Positions 1 through 9,016 of a stretch of DNA of 64,000 nucleotides are shown here, one piece after another. Position 1 is the first letter of the stretch. Each line of letters starts with the position of its first letter. This DNA is from Patescibacteria group bacterium (lineage in GTDB: Bacteria; Patescibacteriota; Patescibacteriia; Patescibacteriales; UBA12465), in the NCBI GenBank assembly GCA_041661685.1, contig JBAZTY010000003.1, positions 69,550 to 133,549 of the forward strand. The letters run 5' to 3'. Below the pieces are notes generated by a model. That model saw only the letters and a list, made by a program, of their open reading frames with translations. It searched no databases and was not told where the DNA came from. The position numbers were made by a program, and so were the translations under genes.

Positions 1-40
1 AATTCTAAAGTGGTCATATGATTATAATTGATTTATTAAA

Positions 41-67
41 ATAAAACACCTAGGGGGGTGTTTTATT
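41..67. terminator. Bidirectional hairpin terminator (AAAACACC-TAGGGG-GGTGTTTT) flanked by A/T runs. On the minus strand it follows the 3' end of tRNA-Ser.
   Basis: Perfect 8-bp inverted repeat seen at 41-64 with a T-run on both strands. It lies immediately 3' of the minus-strand tRNA. Confidence 0.5.
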
Positions 68-74
68 TTATGGG

Positions 75-165
75 CGGAGAAGGAGGGATTCGAACCCTCG
101 ATAGGGGTTTACACCCCTATAACAGGTTAGCAACCTGCCGCTTTCAGCCGCTCAGCCACCTCTCC
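75..165 (-). tRNA. tRNA-Ser (anticodon GCU), class II with a long variable arm
   Basis: The reverse complement reads GGAGAGG-TG-GCTGAGCGG...CAGGT-TGCTAAC-ACCTG, giving anticodon GCT, followed by a long variable arm ATAGGGGTGTAAACCCCTATC. The T arm is GAGGG-TTCGAAT-CCCTC and the 7-bp acceptor pairs with CTTCTCC. U8 is present. CCA is not cleanly encoded. Confidence 0.8.
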
Positions 166-237
166 ATTGTTTATTGAATTGTTTCACCGTTTCTATCAGC
201 CCAGCGAGTCGTCCCGCTTCCGCTTTTTCCTATTTTT

Positions 238-246
238 TGATATAAT
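238..246 (+). promoter_or_regulatory. Extended -10 promoter element (TGaTATAAT) upstream of the 306..824 ORF
   Basis: TG-n-TATAAT seen at 238-246. No good -35. The downstream ATG is at 306. Confidence 0.35.
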
Positions 247-305
247 CACTATATAAAATCTAGTCTCGCTTGTCAAACCGCCTGACTCACGGCGGCCCTA
301 AAAAT

Positions 306-824
306 ATGTCTGAAAACAACTCACAATACCTTCGCTGGCAAGTCCCCGAATACCGCGTCCCGCAACGCGACCGAAAATGGTATATAATTGCCGGAATAGC
401 GGCTTTTATCATGATTTTCTTCTGCTTTTTCGCTTTCAGCAGTTGGCGCTTAGTCTTCCTTGGAACTAGTTCTAATTTCCTCTTCGCCCTCTTTCTAATT
501 ATTGCGATCATCATCATGATCACCAACGAGAGCCGACCACCGATGATGGTCGACGTGGAACTCGGCCCAGAAGGCGTCAAAATCGGTGGCAGCTTCTATG
601 ACTACGATATGATTAAGAGCTTTGTCGTCCTCTATAAGCCCAAACAGAGCCTGAAAAGCGTCTATTTCGAGTTCAAGGGTTCAGTCAGACCCCGCCTGGG
701 CCTGCCCCTGCGCCGCCTAGATGCCCTGACTGTCAGAAACTTCTTAGTCCGCTACCTAGATGAAAATTTGGAAAGAACGGAGATGCCGTTATCGGAGAGG
801 TTGACTAAACTACTGAAACTATAA
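306..824 (+). CDS. Hypothetical membrane protein: two N-terminal TM helices followed by a soluble domain, possibly bacterial PH-like
   Basis: ORF 270..824; start taken at the internal Met (MSENNSQYL). Hydrophobic stretches are IIAGIAAFIMIFFCFFAF and FLFALFLIIAIIIMI. No recognisable catalytic motif. Confidence 0.5.
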   Translation: MSENNSQYLRWQVPEYRVPQRDRKWYIIAGIAAFIMIFFCFFAFSSWRLVFLGTSSNFLFALFLIIAIIIMITNESRPPMMVDVELGPEGVKIGGSFYDYDMIKSFVVLYKPKQSLKSVYFEFKGSVRPRLGLPLRRLDALTVRNFLVRYLDENLERTEMPLSERLTKLLKL

Positions 825-868
825 TAATATAAGGGTTGTCAGTTGTTGGCGTCAATGCCGATAAATAA

Positions 869-940
869 GCTTTCATCGTTCAACGGATAGGACGCAAGCT
901 TGCGGAGCTTGAAATCCAGGTTCGATTCCTGGTGGGAGCA
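869..940 (+). tRNA. tRNA-Arg (anticodon GCG as read; Arg identity inferred from the anticodon only)
   Basis: Acceptor GCTTTCA pairs with TGGGAGC (two G-U pairs). U8 is present. D arm is GTTC-AACGGATA-GGAC. Anticodon stem CAAGC/GCTTG has loop TTGCGGA, so positions 34-36 are GCG and 37 is G. Variable loop is 4 nt. T arm is CCAGG-TTCGATT-CCTGG. Discriminator is A. It ends 10 nt before the recG start. Confidence 0.65.
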
Positions 941-950
941 CATTTAGCTT

Positions 951-2987
951 ATGATAAGCCTCGATTCTAACATAACCGAACTTAACCGCGTCGGCAAAAC
1001 TACCTCTAAACTACTAAAAAAGCTGGGTCTGGAAACTGTCCATGACCTGCTTTTTTATTTCCCCTTCCGTTACGATGATTTCGCAAGCGTTAGTACTATC
1101 GCCGAATTAAAAGCGAACGAAAATACTCACGTCATCGGCACAATCGAACTTATCCAGAATAAGAAAAGCTTCAAGCGGCGTATGTTCATAACCGAAGCGC
1201 TCGTAACCGACGACAGCGGCTCACTCAAGGTCATCTGGTTCAATCAGCCCTTCCTGACTCGGACTTTCAAGCCGGGTGACAAAATATCCTTGGCCGGAAA
1301 AGTGACCGAGGACTACAGCGGCTTATCCATGATAACGCCAGTCGCCGAAAAAATGTACTCTGAATCTCTTATCCATACTAAAGGGCTGATCCCGAATTAT
1401 CATCTGACGGAAAACCTGACTCAGAAACAGATTCGCTATCTAGTGAAAGAAGTGATTACTTTAGCCGATAAGATAGAAGACTGGATTCCTGTAAATGTAA
1501 AAAAACGTCTTGAATTATTAGACTTAGGGCCAGCCCTACATCTGATTCATTTCCCCAAGAGCCACGAAGAAATAACGACGGCCCGAAAACGCCTCGGCTT
1601 TGCGGAATTATTCCTGCGCCAGTTGAAATCAGCGATGATCAAGGGCGACTTGAAGAATCGGCGCGCTCTATCTATCGATTTCAAAGAAAAAGAGACTAAA
1701 GAATTCGTCGCTTCCCTGCCTTTCAAATTAACCGGCGCGCAGAAAAAAACCGCTTGGGAAATATTGCGCGATTTGGAAAAGCCAATTCCGATGAGCCGAC
1801 TCCTCGAAGGTGATGTCGGCAGCGGCAAGACCTTAGTTGTAGCCTTGGCTCTTCTCAATGTCGCTCTGAATAATAAAAGATCGGTCTTGATGGTCCCGAC
1901 CGAAATCCTGGCGTCTCAGCATTTTAATTACCTGACCAAGCTCTTTAAGGATTATGGTTTTAAGATAGCGCTCCTGACTCATAGCCATAAAGACTCAGAG
2001 TCGAATAAAGCCGATATCATTGTCGGCACGCACGCGCTTATTCAAGAAAACGTGAAATTCCAGGATTTAGCTCTAGCTGTCGTGGATGAACAGCATCGTT
2101 TCGGCGTCGGCCAGCGCCGCAAGATCTTGGATTTTAATAGCGTTCCCGACCAGACGCCGCACTTCTTATCCTTGACCGCGACCCCTATCCCCCGCTCTCT
2201 AGCCCTGACTATCTATGGCGATTTGGATTTATCAATCATCAATGAGATGCCTGTCGGCCGCAAGCCGGTCATTACCAAAATAGTTACCGAAGCTAACCGC
2301 TCCCAGGCTTACGACTTCATCCGTAAACAGATAAGCTCCGGCCGCCAGGCCTTCGTGGTCTGCCCGCTCATCGATGAATCTGACCGCCTCGGGGTAAAAT
2401 CGGTCAAAACTGAACATGAACGGCTGGATAAGGAAATATTTCCCGAGCTTAAAGTCGGGCTGCTCCATGGAAGGCTTAAAGCTAAAGAGAAAGAAGATAT
2501 CATGGCCGATTTCTTAAGCAACAAGATTCAAATCCTAGTCGCCACCGCCGTTATTGAAGTCGGCGTGGATGTCCCGAATGCTTCATTAATGATCATAGAG
2601 GGCGCGGAGCGCTTCGGCTTAGCCCAGCTCCATCAATTCCGCGGCCGCGTCGGGCGCGGCGAGGCACAATCATACTGCTTGCTTTTCCCGTCTTCAGAAG
2701 AAATCACTAACCCCAAAACAATCACACGCCTGAATGCTATGAACAGCCATAACGATGGCTTGACGCTCGCTAAGATAGACCTGAAGTTGCGCGGAGCCGG
2801 CGAATTATACGGCCTTAATCAGAGCGGCTTCCCAGAATTCCAGATTGCGACTTTATTTGATTATGAGAATATAAAAAAGGCGCAGGAAGAAGCCCGCGCT
2901 TTGATAGCCGAAGATCCGGAACTAAAAAAATATCCGCTCTTGAAAGAAAAGTTAGGGAAATGGGAAGATGACGCACATTTGGAATAA
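951..2987 (+). CDS. recG: ATP-dependent DNA helicase RecG
   Basis: 678 aa. N-terminal wedge domain, DExH helicase motifs (GDVGSGKT, DEQHRFGV) and C-terminal helicase domain, in typical RecG order. Confidence 0.9.
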   Translation: MISLDSNITELNRVGKTTSKLLKKLGLETVHDLLFYFPFRYDDFASVSTIAELKANENTHVIGTIELIQNKKSFKRRMFITEALVTDDSGSLKVIWFNQPFLTRTFKPGDKISLAGKVTEDYSGLSMITPVAEKMYSESLIHTKGLIPNYHLTENLTQKQIRYLVKEVITLADKIEDWIPVNVKKRLELLDLGPALHLIHFPKSHEEITTARKRLGFAELFLRQLKSAMIKGDLKNRRALSIDFKEKETKEFVASLPFKLTGAQKKTAWEILRDLEKPIPMSRLLEGDVGSGKTLVVALALLNVALNNKRSVLMVPTEILASQHFNYLTKLFKDYGFKIALLTHSHKDSESNKADIIVGTHALIQENVKFQDLALAVVDEQHRFGVGQRRKILDFNSVPDQTPHFLSLTATPIPRSLALTIYGDLDLSIINEMPVGRKPVITKIVTEANRSQAYDFIRKQISSGRQAFVVCPLIDESDRLGVKSVKTEHERLDKEIFPELKVGLLHGRLKAKEKEDIMADFLSNKIQILVATAVIEVGVDVPNASLMIIEGAERFGLAQLHQFRGRVGRGEAQSYCLLFPSSEEITNPKTITRLNAMNSHNDGLTLAKIDLKLRGAGELYGLNQSGFPEFQIATLFDYENIKKAQEEARALIAEDPELKKYPLLKEKLGKWEDDAHLE

Positions 2988-2990
2988 GAA

Positions 2991-3022
2991 AAAAGAGGTC
3001 CTGTCAGAGAGCCTCTTTTTTA
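2991..3022. terminator. Rho-independent terminator after recG (AAGAGG...CCTCTT followed by a T-run); convergent with the minus-strand ORF
   Basis: Inverted repeat at 2993-2998 and 3012-3017, followed by TTTTTT. Confidence 0.5.
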
Positions 3023-3033
3023 TCAATCAGTTT

Positions 3034-3450
3034 TTAGCTGAGTGACATGTTTTCATGAGTTTCGGCCCGATAAGTCATCTTATGAAAGAATAACAATAGA
3101 GAGAAACACATTAATGCGCTTGTTAGAATAGTAACTATTGGATTATACGTGAAAATGATTCTGAGATACTCGCGAGAGAGCACCCACATTGTTGATTGAG
3201 CTATCTCTTCTTCGGGGAACATTCCGATATAAAGATAGGTCAAAAAGATGTAAGCAAGAGAAATGAGAGAAAAGGCGATTGGAACTGAACCAATAAATCC
3301 AATTGTTACTAAGATTTTTTTAAAAGAACGTCTGATCTTTTTCATCTTTATACAGATTTGGTTTATTTTTCGACTAATTCTGCTTAAAATAAGTATATCA
3401 CTTTTATTAAAAGATGTCAATAGTATTGTCTGGAAGGGCAATATTATCAT
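3034..3450 (-). CDS. Hypothetical small membrane protein in an AT-rich islet
   Basis: 138-aa ORF, possibly starting at the internal MKKIRR (3345). Two or three TM helices. Local GC is about 30%, well below the window average. Confidence 0.35.
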   Translation of the reverse strand: MIILPFQTILLTSFNKSDILILSRISRKINQICIKMKKIRRSFKKILVTIGFIGSVPIAFSLISLAYIFLTYLYIGMFPEEEIAQSTMWVLSREYLRIIFTYNPIVTILTSALMCFSLLLFFHKMTYRAETHENMSLS

Positions 3451-3556
3451 TTTCCCTGCCCTTGACTTTATTTTAATATTATAGTAATATAAACCAATAA
3501 AATAAATGCGTTCTTTTCATAATATTTCCTATTGTTTAACCTAAAAAATCTTTAGC

Positions 3557-3877
3557 ATGGACGAAAAGGCTTTAAAGGCAACTACCGTAATCAACGGATT
3601 TTTTGATGGGGTTGAGGTAATCTTCGCGATTGGAGACTGCCAAAGAACTAATGGCTGTATCAAGGTCAACAACATTCGTAAGATTGATGAGGAACACAAG
3701 GGCTATGTGCCCTCTACTTCATGTCTATCAGATAAGCGATTGAATGTTTTCTCTGTCACCAAGAAAGATATCTGTGATTATTTCAACGTTCCTCAGACAA
3801 TCGGAAAGACAGACAAACAAAAAACAAATCAAAAAAAACAACCAACCATCAAAAAAGATTTCAGTCGTAAACGGTAA
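3557..3877 (+). CDS. Hypothetical small Cys-containing, Lys-rich protein in an AT-rich islet
   Basis: 106-aa ORF with no signal peptide. Cys motifs are CQRTNGC and ICDY. Poly-K/Q tail. Low GC. Confidence 0.35.
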   Translation: MDEKALKATTVINGFFDGVEVIFAIGDCQRTNGCIKVNNIRKIDEEHKGYVPSTSCLSDKRLNVFSVTKKDICDYFNVPQTIGKTDKQKTNQKKQPTIKKDFSRKR

Positions 3878-3890
3878 ACGTTCAAGTGAC

Positions 3891-3928
3891 AAAAAAGGCC
3901 AATCTCCCCGATTGGTCTTCTTTTTTTA
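3891..3928. terminator. Bidirectional terminator between the 3557..3877 ORF and radA
   Basis: GGCCAATC-tcccc-GATTGGTC hairpin followed by a T-run. The preceding A-run gives a T-run on the minus strand. Confidence 0.55.
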
Positions 3929-3942
3929 TTCAAACTAATTTC

Positions 3943-5343
3943 CTATTTTATAATATCTACCAGCTCATCTAAGTTCTTAATTTTGCTCAGCTGCAATTTT
4001 CCCCCTTTAACATCAACATTGGGAATAATCGCGCTCAAAAATCCTAATCGTTCCGCCTCCTGCAGGCGCGCCTCTAGCTTGAAGACATTGCGCACTTCCC
4101 CGCCCAAGCCCACTTCCCCGAGAACTATGGTCCGGCGATCGAAATCTTTATTAAGATGCGAAGAAATAATCGCGGTACAGGCCGCCAGATCTAAAGCTGG
4201 ATCACTTATCTTCAAGCCGCCAATAACGTTCAGGATGATATCTTGAGCCGTTAAATTTATCTTCGTCCGTTTAGTTATGACCGCGCTCAGTACCTGCAAA
4301 CGATTCAGGTCGAAGCCGCTGGTCTTCCTCTGCGGATAGCCGAAAACCGTCTTAGTCGCTAAGGCTTGGAGGTCAGCCAAAAACGGACGCGTGCCCTCGA
4401 TGACGCAGCCGATAGCCGAGCCGGAAACTTTTTCGCCGCTAGTCTCGACGAAGATCAGGCTGGGGTTTTTCACTTCCTTAAAGCCCGTTCCGGTCATTTC
4501 CAAGACGCCTAGTTCATTGACCGAACCGAAGCGATTCTTGGCCGCGCGCAATAAGCAATAATTATTATTCGTCTCATTTTCCAAATACAAAACCGTGTCC
4601 ACGATATGTTCTAAAGATTTCGGTCCGGCGATAGAGCCGTCCTTAGTGATATGCCCGACGAGGAAAACCGCGATATTATTCTCCTTGGCTAATTCCAAGA
4701 ATTTGATGGCGGCCGCGCGGATCTGCGAAATCCCGCCCGCTTCCGCCGGAATCAGGCTGGAATAGACCGTCTGGATAGAATCAACGATGAGTATTCCCGG
4801 AGATAATTTCAAGACTGAAGCGCAAATCTTCTCGACGTTAGTTTCAGAAATGAATTTAAGATTCTCAATATTGCAATTCAAGCGATCCAAACGGGATTTT
4901 ACTTGAGCGGCCGATTCTTCGCCGCTGACATAGATTGCCGCCTGCTTTTTTCCAAGCGCGCTAGCAATCTGAGCGACTAAAGTAGATTTCCCGATTCCCG
5001 GTTCACCGCTTAATAAGACTAGTGATCCCGGCACTAAGCCGCCGCCTAAAACGCGATCGATTTCGCTGATTCCCGTCTGAAAACGCTCTAAAGAAGAAGC
5101 TTTTATCGATACTAGATCGATTACTTCCGCGCCGCCGAGCTTCTTGACCGCTTCTTTCTTCTCGGACTTAGAATCGGTCACCTGTTCTCCTAGAGTTCCC
5201 CAGGAGCCGCATTCTGAACAACGCCCACTCCATTTCAGGAATTGGGCGTCGCAATTAGAGCAGACGAAGATTGTTTTGATATTTCCTGGCATATTCTGAA
5301 AAGCCTCGCTAAGCGAAGCCACGTATTTTATTATTTCTCCCAA
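3943..5343 (-). CDS. radA: DNA repair protein RadA/Sms
   Basis: 466 aa. N-terminal C4 zinc finger (CSNCDAQF...CSECGSW), RecA-like Walker A (GEPGIGKST) and C-terminal Lon-protease-like domain. Confidence 0.9.
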   Translation of the reverse strand: MGEIIKYVASLSEAFQNMPGNIKTIFVCSNCDAQFLKWSGRCSECGSWGTLGEQVTDSKSEKKEAVKKLGGAEVIDLVSIKASSLERFQTGISEIDRVLGGGLVPGSLVLLSGEPGIGKSTLVAQIASALGKKQAAIYVSGEESAAQVKSRLDRLNCNIENLKFISETNVEKICASVLKLSPGILIVDSIQTVYSSLIPAEAGGISQIRAAAIKFLELAKENNIAVFLVGHITKDGSIAGPKSLEHIVDTVLYLENETNNNYCLLRAAKNRFGSVNELGVLEMTGTGFKEVKNPSLIFVETSGEKVSGSAIGCVIEGTRPFLADLQALATKTVFGYPQRKTSGFDLNRLQVLSAVITKRTKINLTAQDIILNVIGGLKISDPALDLAACTAIISSHLNKDFDRRTIVLGEVGLGGEVRNVFKLEARLQEAERLGFLSAIIPNVDVKGGKLQLSKIKNLDELVDIIK

Positions 5344-5948
5344 TAGGCTTTATCCATCAGCCATTCGCCATTAACCTTTAAAAAACTGAGATCCAATTTT
5401 TGAGTAAATGGCTCGCCGCCGCCGATTTTTTCCGTGCTTTCGCGGCGTTCCGTCGTGACTATTATCTCGGCCGTACCAGCCTTATCATCAAAGCTCTTTA
5501 CTTCCGTCGTCAGCGCCTTGGCCGTAATGCCATAATAAGAATCAGACTTGGCGCTCGCTTTTTGTTCAGCGACATATTTATCGGCCCAGGCCTGCAGGCT
5601 GGCCGTCATATAAATCTTCAGATCGGTAAAATTGCCGTAATCGGATTGGGTCGAATAAGAGCCGAGGCGCTCCGCATAAGATTTGGAGCGCTGCGCTAAA
5701 TCGGTAGCGTTGACAGTATGGGTCGCCTCTTTAGTGACATCATACTGGGTATAATTGCGGGGCTGGTCGCTCGGAGTCGTCGTTCCCTTCTCTTCGCCCG
5801 CCGGTAATTGGCTAGTCGGGGTATCAGCCGGAAGCAAAGGCTCTTCGACGGCCGCTTTTTTCATGAAGACGAAATAGATGATGGCCACTATGACTAATAG
5901 TCCGAGAAGGACAAATAGGAGGCCGATGGTTTTACGGTTGGTTTGCAT
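5331..5948 (-). CDS. Hypothetical bitopic membrane protein: N-terminal TM plus an extracytoplasmic domain of about 170 aa. Candidate VirB8-like component (inference).
   Basis: 205 aa. Single N-terminal TM (IGLLFVLLGLLVIVAIIYFVF), then a Pro/Thr-rich linker and a compact soluble domain. Sits directly downstream of the VirB4-like gene. Confidence 0.4.
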   Translation of the reverse strand: MQTNRKTIGLLFVLLGLLVIVAIIYFVFMKKAAVEEPLLPADTPTSQLPAGEEKGTTTPSDQPRNYTQYDVTKEATHTVNATDLAQRSKSYAERLGSYSTQSDYGNFTDLKIYMTASLQAWADKYVAEQKASAKSDSYYGITAKALTTEVKSFDDKAGTAEIIVTTERRESTEKIGGGEPFTQKLDLSFLKVNGEWLMDKAYWEK

Positions 5949-5986
5949 ATTTATTTTTAATATTTATTTTCAAATTAATCTCGTCT

Positions 5987-7885
5987 TTATGCACTCGCTT
6001 CTTCCTGCCGGCTTTCATCGAATTCCTTCTTGGCTTCTTCGAGCTCAAGCAGCTGGCGCGGATCGGAAGTAATCAGCTGGTCTTCGGTGTAAGACGCGAC
6101 CGCTTTCATAGCCACGTGCTTATTGCCCGCGAAGAAAATGCCTTCGCCGACGCCGCATTCGAGCAACAGATATTTCTCACCTTCAGTTAGCATGAAAGTC
6201 TTCTGGATCAAGTCGATAGCCGCCGGAGACTGCTTAAATAATAATTGCAAAGAAGAATTATTAACGATCGCCTGGCCGTAAGGAGAGGTCAAGAAGTCAT
6301 TAACGTCCTGCGTAATAGTCGTGACGCCCAAATAATATTTACGGCAACGTTTAACGAGAGCGAAGATGAACTTAGCCGAATCTTCGTGCTGCATCATCCA
6401 CCAAGCTTCATCAATGACTAGGATGCGCTTCTTCATCTCGCTACGAACGACGTTCCAAATGTAATTGACGATAGTATAAATAGCAATCGGGCGGAGTTCG
6501 TCTTCCAAGTCGCGGACCGAGAAACAGACGAGCTGATTGCTCATCTCGACGTTAGTCTGGTTATTGAGTAAGCCGGCAAAAGTTCCTTCGGTAAACTTTC
6601 TTAAGCGCAGAGCCAGGTCAGACCCGCCTTCCATACCGTCTAGAATCTGCTCAAAATCGGCCATAATCGGAGCTTCAATCTTTGATAAGTCAGAGTCGGG
6701 AGTAATATCTTTCTTCGCGTAAGTTTCGAGTAACGCGCGATCAACGATAGAATCTTCGTCATAGCTCAGGTTGCCTAACATCAAGCGCACTAAGCCTTTC
6801 AAGGTAATAACGGCGCTGCGGATGATATCTTTGGGCTTGGCTTCTCCGCCGATAGAGCGCGGTAAATCGAACGGGTTAATCTTATTCTCAGAAGACAAGG
6901 AAATATTGATATAGGTGCCGCCGACCGCTTCCGCTAAATGCTTGTATTCATATTCCGGATCAATGACGATGACGTCGGTCCCGAGCATTAAGGAACGCAA
7001 AATTTCTAATTTGATAGCATAGCTCTTACCGGCGCCGGAGGTCGCAAAGACGACAGAGTTAGCATTCTGAAGGCTGAAGCGATCAAAAAGGATAAGGCTG
7101 TTATTATGGCGGTTAATGCCATATAAGATACCTCGGTCGCTCGTGAGTTCGCTGGAGATGAACGGGAAAGAAGAGGCAATTGGGGAAGAATTCATGTTGA
7201 AGGTAATATATAATTCATCGTCCCCTAAAGGCAGGGTGGAATTGAAGCCCTGTTCTGATTGATAATAAACGCGGCGGGAATAAACTAGGCGGGAGCCGAA
7301 AACATCCTCGACCTGATCGCTTAAACGGTCCAGATCTTCAAGTTTATCGGCATAGATGGTGACATACAAAGCGAATTGAAAAAATTTCTCCGTTCCCTGA
7401 GTAAGCGCATCGCGCAAGTATTCAATATCGCGCAAAGCAGTTTCGCGCAATGGGTCGCGGGCGGCTCCCTTCTCTGCGTCAGAAACGATCTGCGCTTCCA
7501 GGGCGCCGACTTTATTCTTAAGTTGCTTCAAGATAATCGCGCTCTTAACTTGATAGAAGAACATCGAGACATCAAAGGTCACGTTCAGATTGATAATCGG
7601 CGCGAACCAGCCGACGGAGATATAGCGCGGATAAGAGACGATGAAGATGGTGCGCAAGAATTTATTGCCCAAGGCGAGATGATTAGCCTCGACCTTGAGG
7701 CTAGCGGGCGCGATAATATCGCGGACGGATAAGACGCCGCGGCGGAAGGCCTTCTCTTCTTCGATGATTTCCCGAGTCAATTCCGGGTTCTCCTCGATTG
7801 GGTGCGCCACGGGCTTAACCCCGATGGTAATCGGGGTATTGAGGCCTATCTTGGCCTTTTCTTCTTTTTTGCTGAAATCAATCAT
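5987..7885 (-). CDS. virB4: VirB4/TrbE/TraC-family conjugative ATPase, ATPase portion; N-terminal domain is in the upstream in-frame ORF
   Basis: 632 aa. Walker A VVFATSGAGKSYAI and Walker B/DEAW-type ILVIDEAWWMM. Architecture of T4SS VirB4 ATPases. Confidence 0.75.
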   Translation of the reverse strand: MIDFSKKEEKAKIGLNTPITIGVKPVAHPIEENPELTREIIEEEKAFRRGVLSVRDIIAPASLKVEANHLALGNKFLRTIFIVSYPRYISVGWFAPIINLNVTFDVSMFFYQVKSAIILKQLKNKVGALEAQIVSDAEKGAARDPLRETALRDIEYLRDALTQGTEKFFQFALYVTIYADKLEDLDRLSDQVEDVFGSRLVYSRRVYYQSEQGFNSTLPLGDDELYITFNMNSSPIASSFPFISSELTSDRGILYGINRHNNSLILFDRFSLQNANSVVFATSGAGKSYAIKLEILRSLMLGTDVIVIDPEYEYKHLAEAVGGTYINISLSSENKINPFDLPRSIGGEAKPKDIIRSAVITLKGLVRLMLGNLSYDEDSIVDRALLETYAKKDITPDSDLSKIEAPIMADFEQILDGMEGGSDLALRLRKFTEGTFAGLLNNQTNVEMSNQLVCFSVRDLEDELRPIAIYTIVNYIWNVVRSEMKKRILVIDEAWWMMQHEDSAKFIFALVKRCRKYYLGVTTITQDVNDFLTSPYGQAIVNNSSLQLLFKQSPAAIDLIQKTFMLTEGEKYLLLECGVGEGIFFAGNKHVAMKAVASYTEDQLITSDPRQLLELEEAKKEFDESRQEEASA

Positions 7886-7891
7886 ATTAGT

Positions 7892-8572
7892 TTATTTCTC
7901 TACCCTGAGCTTATCTAAATCGACTAATTCCTGATTCTGAGAGGTTTCTGGATTATATGTTTTATAATAAAGCTCAATTAAACTCTGGGTATCTAAGCGG
8001 GCCACGGCGACACCGAGAGATTCTAAGCCACCGGTAACGCTATCGATGCGGCGATCGAGCATCTCCTGATAATTCTTAAAAGTCTTGTCCTTGAGCTTAA
8101 TAACGGTCGCTGGCTTAAGCGCTTCGCTCAATAAGCTCATGAAGCCTTTATGCTTATCGGTCAGGGGATCATAAGGCACAATAACATAGAAACGCTTATT
8201 CATAATCTTGCCCAGCGAGGTCAATTCCTTGATGTATTCAATATAGTCGGCAGTCTGAACTTTCAATAATTTATTCATCTGCTCCTTCTCTTTGTTCTTT
8301 AAGTATTCCAAATAATTATTAATATCTAACTCGCGAGACTGGATAACAATCTGAAGCGTGAAAGTCAGGTTATTTAAGAAGCGGACATAAGAATCAATGA
8401 CTGCATTCTGTTCGTCTTCGCTCTTGAGCGCGAAATTAATACTGGAAACAAGAAGCACGGCGCGCAAAGTGCCGTCCTTCATCACGACGGTGTTATCCTT
8501 AATCTCGGCAATATTCAAATATTGCTGAGTGGAGGCGCTTATTTTATTCTTAGCCAAGCCTTTTTCTGACAT
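7892..8572 (-). CDS. VirB4-family N-terminal domain encoded as a separate ORF (split virB4)
   Basis: 226 aa. The motif ...DGTLRAVLLVSSINFALKSEDEQNAVIDSYVRFLNNL resembles the N-terminal region of Gram-positive VirB4 homologues. It is separated from the ATPase ORF by TAA plus 2 codons, in the same frame. Confidence 0.5.
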   Translation of the reverse strand: MSEKGLAKNKISASTQQYLNIAEIKDNTVVMKDGTLRAVLLVSSINFALKSEDEQNAVIDSYVRFLNNLTFTLQIVIQSRELDINNYLEYLKNKEKEQMNKLLKVQTADYIEYIKELTSLGKIMNKRFYVIVPYDPLTDKHKGFMSLLSEALKPATVIKLKDKTFKNYQEMLDRRIDSVTGGLESLGVAVARLDTQSLIELYYKTYNPETSQNQELVDLDKLRVEK

Positions 8573-8591
8573 AATTAAAATTTATCCTAGT

Positions 8592-9011
8592 TTATTCTCC
8601 TTTATAGCGTCCTTTGGTATCAACGACGAGCGCCAATTCGGCCAAGCGCGATTTCTTATACATTTTCGGAGCGACTATCGGCGCGACGGCCTTGACTTCA
8701 ATATTCGTTTCGCCGATTTCAGCAGCCATGATCCGATTATTCCATACTCTTATTCCGGGACGGCGCAAAGTCTGAAAAGCATTAAGCATAAAGAGATGGA
8801 AGGGGCGGCCGTTTATCTTAACGAAGGCGAATAGAGCAGCAAAGACGAGCGTCACGATACCGACGGTCAAGAACAAGGTAAAATCGAACAACTTGTAACT
8901 GATGCCGATGATAACGGCAGCGCCGAGAATAATCATGAATTGGCGCACGGTCAGAGGGCCGATAATCTTATTTTCGACGTCGATGAATTGAGGAACGGTG
9001 AACTGCTGCAT
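8592..9011 (-). CDS. PrgI/VirB3-like small membrane protein of T4SS
   Basis: 139 aa. DVENKIIGPLTVRQFMIILGAAVIIG followed by two TM helices. Position immediately upstream of virB4 is typical for VirB3/PrgI. Confidence 0.5.
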   Translation of the reverse strand: MQQFTVPQFIDVENKIIGPLTVRQFMIILGAAVIIGISYKLFDFTLFLTVGIVTLVFAALFAFVKINGRPFHLFMLNAFQTLRRPGIRVWNNRIMAAEIGETNIEVKAVAPIVAPKMYKKSRLAELALVVDTKGRYKGE

Positions 9012-9016
9012 ATATC

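Noticed and set aside
287-580. 97-aa minus-strand ORF overlapping the 306..824 gene
   Set aside because: It is antisense to a better-supported ORF with TM helices, has a basic low-complexity translation, and has no promoter or RBS context.
7886-7894. Possibility that the in-frame TAA in virB4 reflects an alternative genetic code or programmed readthrough
   Set aside because: CPR recoding (code 25) reassigns TGA, not TAA. rpoB, rpoC and leuS are full length with standard stops, so the standard code applies. A split or pseudogene is more parsimonious.
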